A stretch of DNA of 64,000 nt from Planctomycetota bacterium (GTDB lineage: Bacteria > Planctomycetota > GCA-002687715 > CAIWVZ01): contig JBGANV010000002.1 in the NCBI GenBank assembly GCA_044222185.1, positions 32,001 to 96,000 on the forward strand, given 5' to 3'. A model generated the notes under the pieces. The model worked only from the letters and a program-made list of their open reading frames with translations, searched no databases and was not told the DNA's origin. The translations under genes were made by a program, and so were the position numbers. Below are positions 58,770-64,000 of the stretch, piece after piece (positions within the stretch are counted from its first letter, which is position 1; each line of letters starts with the position of its first letter).

Positions 58770-59228
58770 ATGCGAAACGGACTTTCCTGCGCCCCAGCCT
58801 CGTCCCGTCAGTTCTCGAGCCTCTTCTCACCGTTCGGCACCTTCGACCACCTGTTCGAGAACGTCCTCGGGAACCAGCGCGCGAGCGGATCGGGGACGAT
58901 GACTCCGCCCATCGATCTGAACGAGACGACCGACGCATACACGGTCGTCATGGACGTGCCCGGTTTCACGATCGATCAGATCAACGTGCAGTTCTCGGAG
59001 AACGTCCTGACGCTCAGCGCCGAGCAGCCCGAGGCCACGAAGGGCGGCGATGACACGCGCTGGCACTTCGTCGAACGCGTTCGAGGCTCGTTCTCGCGCG
59101 GGATCAAGTTCCCCGTGCCCGTCGACGGCACGGCCGTGAAGGCGACGATGAAGAACGGCGTGCTCACGGTCACCGTGCCGAAGGCGGCGGCGGCCCGCAC
59201 GCAGAAGATCAAGATCCTCGAGTCATGA
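58770..59228 (+). CDS. Hsp20/alpha-crystallin small heat-shock protein
   Basis: RBS AAGGAG, ATG 58770; PPIDLNET, DVPG, ERVRGSFSR, ATMKNGVLTVTVPK, C-terminal KIKI. Confidence 0.93.
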   Translation: MRNGLSCAPASSRQFSSLFSPFGTFDHLFENVLGNQRASGSGTMTPPIDLNETTDAYTVVMDVPGFTIDQINVQFSENVLTLSAEQPEATKGGDDTRWHFVERVRGSFSRGIKFPVPVDGTAVKATMKNGVLTVTVPKAAAARTQKIKILES

Positions 59229-59318
59229 TCGAGCGCGGGCGCCGGGCCAGAGGTCGGATCCGATCCGCCCTCGAAGCCCGGCGCCCGTGTCGTTTCCCGA
59301 CCACTCCTCGGGACGCCG

Positions 59319-62300
59319 TCAGGAGTCGAACTCGAGGACCAGCGTCTGCGCCGTGATGACGCCAGCGTTGCTGACGAGCGCGAAGATCGCGTCGAAATCC
59401 AGCCCAGCCGGGAACACGGCGTCGAAGTCGATCCGCGCCGAGCCGCGACCGTCCAGCACTCCCGTGAACGGCGGCGTCGTGCCGAACGCCTGGAAGTTCG
59501 TGAGGGCGTCCGCACCAAGCCCGAGCACCGGGCCGAGACCGCTCTGGTGGCCACCGCTGACGAGGAAGTAGTAGGTGTCACCGGCGCGAACGGTGCCTGC
59601 GTTCATGATGATCGTGAACCCTGGGAACGCCGTCGTGTGGGCACGCACGTCGAACGCGTCGGCATGACCCGAAGCTCCCGTGAACCCGCCGGCCGGATTC
59701 GGCAAGCCCATGGATCGCGTGGCGACCGCCCGCCAATCCGACCCGGCATCCGCGTCCGTCGTCGACACGCGGCCGATGCACCGATCGCCGAGCAGCGTCC
59801 GCGGCGCGCCTCCGACGAAGTCCGACCAGGCTGACGGCACGCGCGGAGTGTTGTGGACGACCGGACCGGCCTCTGCCACGGTGCGCACGAGGTCCACGAG
59901 ACGGCCGTGGCTGTCGTAAAGCCCGAGTTCGAACTCGGACGTCGTGAAAGGCAGGTTTCCGCCACCGACCGCCGCGAGCGAACGGAACTCCACGAACGCC
60001 GGCAGCTCGGTCGGAGCCGGCGCCGCGTCACCGATCACCATGCGCGCGTTCGCGGCGATCGCAGTCGAATCCGGCCAAGGCAGGAGCAACGTGGGCGCCG
60101 CCGTCGGCGAATTCTGCGCACTTGCGAGGAAGTACCAGTTCCACAGATCCAACGATGAACCCGACTGGTTGCGGATCTCGACGAAGTCCGGGTTGTCGTC
60201 CACTTCGGTGATGAGGACGGTCGTCGACGGGACGGGATCGGTCCCGCGCGGCCCCGAGCTTCGGTTCTCGCGTCCCATGCTGGTCTGCGTCTCCGCCGTC
60301 CAGTCGGCCCCGGCGTTGGAATCGAGCTCCCAGATCCGTTCGACGCCCACGGCTCCGACGCTTCGGAGTGCGAGACCTCGGAACAGATCTCCCTTCGACG
60401 GGATCGCGTGGACGCCACCGGCGTCCGCGATCCGGACCGAATCGGTGACGACGCCGTTGGGTCGCACGAGCCTCACGGTGAAATCCTGCGTCGTCGTCCC
60501 GATCGCCGGGAACGCGGCGAGTTGCGTCACGGCGGCGGGCCTGCCTGCGAAATTCCCGCCGATCTCGACGACGATCAGTGAGGCGCCTCCCGAGAGAGTG
60601 CCCGATAGCACCGCCTGCTTGAGCGTGACGGCGCCGTCATCCCATTCGAGTCGCCAGCCGTTCAGGCTGACACTGCTCGAACCGAAGTTCGTGACCTCCA
60701 CTCCATCCGGATTGTCCCAGCTCACCTCCGTGATCAGTACGCGGCCGCGGGCCGGCGGCACCGGCGGATGGAACGCGCGGACCTCGCCGGCAGCGGGGCA
60801 CGTCGCGTCGTTGTTCGGAGCACCGACCAACACGTCCCACCGCCCGTCGCCATCCAGGTCACCGCCAGAAGCGACTGCGAATCCGAAGCGATCGCCGGAC
60901 GCCGCGCCGGCCGTCTCGAAGACCGTCACGAACCCCTCGATGTCGACCACGCGCACGAAGCCCGCGCCCGTGGGTCCCGCCGGCGTCCCGCCCTGCCATG
61001 CGCCGATGATGAATTCATCGGACCCGTCCTGGTCGAGATCGCCCGCCGAGCGCACGCAGCCACCGAAACGGTCGCCGACTGCATTCCCAGGAAGCGTCGT
61101 GACGACGGCATAGGCGAGTACCGACGACCCGAACACACGAACGTATCCCGGGCCGACGCCCGCTCCGAACAGGTCGCCCGGCTCGATCGCACCAGCGACG
61201 ACGAATCCGCCCGACCCGCTCGTCCGGATCATGGCGACGGAGATCCCGAGCTGGTCGTCGGCCCCGCTCCCGCTCCGCGTCGCAAGGAGCGCTCCCGTTC
61301 CACCGGCGCGGATCTCGATGCGTCCCGAGTTGCTCCCGTTCGCATCCGAGAACGGCGCGCCGATCACCACGTCCGGCACCCCGTCCAGGTTCACGTCGAC
61401 CCCGCCTCCCACGGCGACGCCGAACTGCTCGCCTGCGACGGCACCGTTGAACGTCGCGAGGATCGCGCCGTTCGACTCGGAGTAGACACGGACGACGCCG
61501 GCGAGTCCGCTCGCCGTTCCGCCACCGACGATGAGGTCCGGGATGCCGTCGCCGTTGTAATCACCGGCACTGGCGACCGCGCGCCCCTGGCCGTCGCCCG
61601 CGGCGCCCGTGTGGGTGCGGATCAGGCTCCCGTCGTTGCCTCGCAGGACGTACACGCGGCCTTGTCCCCCGGAGTACGCAGGAGCGCCCGCGGCCACGTC
61701 GTCGATTCCATCTCCATCCACGTCACCAATGGCGGCGACCGCGGTCCCGAGCGCCGAATCGGAAGGTCCCGTGAAGTTCCACAACGTGGCGCCCGTGGCA
61801 CCGGAGTAGCAGGTGACGCGGCCGTCGTTCGAGAAGAACCCCGGTGCCCCGATCACCACGTCGTCGTGTCCGTCGCCGTTCACGTCGCGGACCCCCGCGA
61901 CGGCGAACCCCGAGTTCTCCGACGGCGTGTTGCCTCGCCACCGATCGACGGTCGGCGTCAGGTCGATGATGTTGAACATCACCGTGTTCGACGTCCCGCC
62001 GCCGGGGACGGCGTAATTCTCGACCTCGATCGTCACGCAGCCGGCGCCCGCCGCGGCGACCATGTTGTTCGTGACGGCGATCTGCACCTGCGTCGGGCTG
62101 ACGTAGGTCAAGGCCAGCGGCGCGCCGTTCCAGCGCGCTCGAGTCCCCTGGACGCCCTGGTTGTTCGTCGAGCCGTCGTAGAAGCGCGCCCCCGTGATCG
62201 TGATCGTGGGCGGCGTGGTGCCGAGCACCATGAAGTCCGGGGTGATGTTCGTGATCGTTGGTGCGGCAGGAAGCCCGTACACCGCCTGCAGGCCGAGGGC

Positions 62301-62981
62301 GTCCGTCACCGTCATGTTCGACGAGTTCCCCATGAGCGACGCCATGGCCGCATAGGCCGGCTTGGGGTCGATCGTGTTGCCGTTCCCGTTGCTGAAGTTC
62401 GACTGGCCGTAGTGCATGATCGACGCGAAGTCGTATCCGCCATACGTCGTCGCGTTGGCGCGGATCGCGAACGCCCCATCGCAGGGCCCGTTGCAAAGCG
62501 TCTGCGAGATGTTGGCGACGTTCACCGTGATGTAGGTGTTGCGGTCAGGCCGTTGATGCTCGTGCCGGAACCCGAGCGTGTGGAACAGCTCGTGCACGAT
62601 GATGAACCGCGTGAACCAGTGACTGGATCCGATGTCGACGAACTGTTCGCCGCCGGTCATGCCCAGCGCCGAGAAGCTGCACGACGCGGGGCAGGTCAAG
62701 CTCGGGCTCGGGCGCACCGTGATGAAGTTCACCTGCGCCGTCCACGGAACGAAGTTCACTCCGGACACACCCTCGATCTCCGCCATGGCGTCGAGCACGC
62801 CCGCCTGCTGCGCGGCCGAGATTCCCGCCGCGAACCGGTAGGGAACGATTCCGGCGGGCCACGGTGTCCCGTCGAACGTCGACCTCGGAACGAGGTGTTC
62901 GTGGCCGTGCGGTCCGGGTGTCGAGGCGACGACGGACGGGAGGATCAATGAAAGGAACACGATCGAGCGAAGGCTGAGCAT
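59319..62981 (-). CDS. Secreted astacin (M12A) metalloprotease with IPT, FG-GAP propeller and two lamin-tail-like domains
   Basis: Signal peptide; HELFHTLGFRHEHQRPDR, Met-turn SIMHY; repeated DxxGDGxxD..GAP; LITEV...VE modules. Confidence 0.9.
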   Translation of the reverse strand: MLSLRSIVFLSLILPSVVASTPGPHGHEHLVPRSTFDGTPWPAGIVPYRFAAGISAAQQAGVLDAMAEIEGVSGVNFVPWTAQVNFITVRPSPSLTCPASCSFSALGMTGGEQFVDIGSSHWFTRFIIVHELFHTLGFRHEHQRPDRNTYITVNVANISQTLCNGPCDGAFAIRANATTYGGYDFASIMHYGQSNFSNGNGNTIDPKPAYAAMASLMGNSSNMTVTDALGLQAVYGLPAAPTITNITPDFMVLGTTPPTITITGARFYDGSTNNQGVQGTRARWNGAPLALTYVSPTQVQIAVTNNMVAAAGAGCVTIEVENYAVPGGGTSNTVMFNIIDLTPTVDRWRGNTPSENSGFAVAGVRDVNGDGHDDVVIGAPGFFSNDGRVTCYSGATGATLWNFTGPSDSALGTAVAAIGDVDGDGIDDVAAGAPAYSGGQGRVYVLRGNDGSLIRTHTGAAGDGQGRAVASAGDYNGDGIPDLIVGGGTASGLAGVVRVYSESNGAILATFNGAVAGEQFGVAVGGGVDVNLDGVPDVVIGAPFSDANGSNSGRIEIRAGGTGALLATRSGSGADDQLGISVAMIRTSGSGGFVVAGAIEPGDLFGAGVGPGYVRVFGSSVLAYAVVTTLPGNAVGDRFGGCVRSAGDLDQDGSDEFIIGAWQGGTPAGPTGAGFVRVVDIEGFVTVFETAGAASGDRFGFAVASGGDLDGDGRWDVLVGAPNNDATCPAAGEVRAFHPPVPPARGRVLITEVSWDNPDGVEVTNFGSSSVSLNGWRLEWDDGAVTLKQAVLSGTLSGGASLIVVEIGGNFAGRPAAVTQLAAFPAIGTTTQDFTVRLVRPNGVVTDSVRIADAGGVHAIPSKGDLFRGLALRSVGAVGVERIWELDSNAGADWTAETQTSMGRENRSSGPRGTDPVPSTTVLITEVDDNPDFVEIRNQSGSSLDLWNWYFLASAQNSPTAAPTLLLPWPDSTAIAANARMVIGDAAPAPTELPAFVEFRSLAAVGGGNLPFTTSEFELGLYDSHGRLVDLVRTVAEAGPVVHNTPRVPSAWSDFVGGAPRTLLGDRCIGRVSTTDADAGSDWRAVATRSMGLPNPAGGFTGASGHADAFDVRAHTTAFPGFTIIMNAGTVRAGDTYYFLVSGGHQSGLGPVLGLGADALTNFQAFGTTPPFTGVLDGRGSARIDFDAVFPAGLDFDAIFALVSNAGVITAQTLVLEFDS

Positions 62982-63074
62982 GAGAAGGTCTCCTGAAGTC
63001 GGGCGATCGGCGCCCGCGACGGGGGATGCGATGGAGGATCCATGTCCGCCGCGACGCGGACGGGATCACCGATC

Positions 63075-64000
63075 TCAGCTCGTCTCGATTTCGCGCAGGA
63101 TCCGCGCGAGTTCCACGAAAAGCGCATTCCAGTTCGCGCGCTCCTCCGGCCCGAGTGCGGCGGAGTCGCCTGAGCGCAAGAACTGGAGCGCGGGATCCTC
63201 GATCAGCGCACTTGCAAACAGCGCCAGTCGAACGCGACCGGGCTCGTCGACGGCAGCACCTGCCCAGCCCTCGCGGAGGCTCGTGAGGCTCTCGAACGCG
63301 TGGTCGCGCAGTTCGCGCCCGCGCTCCGTTCGACCCCGCGCGACCTCGCTGCGAACCTCGCACAGCGCCGCACGGAATGCCGGGACGTCGGCGGGTGAGG
63401 GCCCGGGCGCAGTGGAACATGCGGACCACGCTCTCGACGCCCGGTCGAACTCGCCCGCCGCTTCCGCGAGCACGGCATCGAGCAGTCGATCGGATTCGTC
63501 GGCGGGGGGCGGCGGTGGCATTCCGGACGTCCGCGCACGCGCACGCTCGACGGCGCGCTCGAGCCTCGGGACGTCCCCTTCGAGTGCGGCCGACTTCCGC
63601 GCCACGTCGAGCGCGGCGCGAGGGTCACCGGTCATCAGCAGGGCGCGACACAGGCCCCGCTGCGCCTCGGGGTTCACCGCATCCAGCGCGATCGCGGATC
63701 GAAACGCCGCCACCGCCTCCACGTCGCGTCGAACGGCGAGGAGGGAGAGCCCGAGGTCGCAACGCGGAACGAAGGCCCTGGGCTCGAGCCGGGCCGCCTC
63801 CTCGAGGCACCGGATCGCGGCTCCGACGTGCCCCTTCCCAGCCCAGAGCTTCCCCAGCTGAGACGGCACGCCCCAGAACAGCGGATCGCGCCGACCGCAC
63901 TCCTCCAGGCGGCGCCGCGCCAAGGCCCAGTCACCCAGCCGGATGGCGGCCCGTCCCGCCACGTACCACGCCCGGGAGCGTGCGGAGTGTGCCTCGAGCA
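63075..64000 (-). CDS. TPR-repeat protein, 5' end beyond the window
   Basis: Frame open to the window edge; TPR units AIRCLEEAARLEP and AVAAFRSAIALD. Confidence 0.75.
   Translation of the reverse strand, partial: LEAHSARSRAWYVAGRAAIRLGDWALARRRLEECGRRDPLFWGVPSQLGKLWAGKGHVGAAIRCLEEAARLEPRAFVPRCDLGLSLLAVRRDVEAVAAFRSAIALDAVNPEAQRGLCRALLMTGDPRAALDVARKSAALEGDVPRLERAVERARARTSGMPPPPPADESDRLLDAVLAEAAGEFDRASRAWSACSTAPGPSPADVPAFRAALCEVRSEVARGRTERGRELRDHAFESLTSLREGWAGAAVDEPGRVRLALFASALIEDPALQFLRSGDSAALGPEERANWNALFVELARILREIETS

Overview
High-GC bacterial window. Gene content (ECF sigma-Ser/Thr kinase pair, FGE-sulfatase domain, FG-GAP surface protein) suggests Planctomycetota or another PVC-like lineage; this is inference only. 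The left flank (0.3-16.6 kb) carries a hybrid histidine kinase, a coupled lhr-nei-archease-rtcB repair operon, an M48 peptidase, two copies of a REP/MITE-like element, a hydrolase, an rsmH paralogue, a MATE transporter and an ArsC-like selenoprotein (in-frame UGA, U-T-S-C motif, SECIS-like hairpin) that the ORF track truncates. The centre (about 17.4-55.8 kb) is a ~38 kb island encoding a very divergent non-flagellar type III secretion system. It has a separate sctV and a minus-strand run in Yersinia-like order (E-like, F, G-like, H-slot, I, J, K-slot, L, N, O, P, Q, fliO-like, R, S, T, U), with no recognisable secretin (SctC), canonical SctD or translocon pore proteins in the window. The island also holds two Ser/Thr kinases, three FHA proteins, an FGE-domain protein, a CsgG-like lipoprotein, an ECF sigma, a FliA-like sigma, candidate substrates (a GDPH/DUF1521 autocleaving protein with a needle-like C-terminus and a PLA2-like protein) and a collagen/tail-collar fibre. 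A promoter-like motif, GCAAC-N15/16-CG(A/C)T, lies just upstream of most island transcription units (16 sites read by eye, one with ACAAC) and suggests a dedicated regulon. The right flank carries a YjiK-like propeller, an ArnT-like glycosyltransferase, Hsp20, an astacin/FG-GAP surface protease and a partial TPR protein. No rRNA, tRNA, CRISPR array, integrase or transposase was seen. All family calls come from motif recognition, not database searches.
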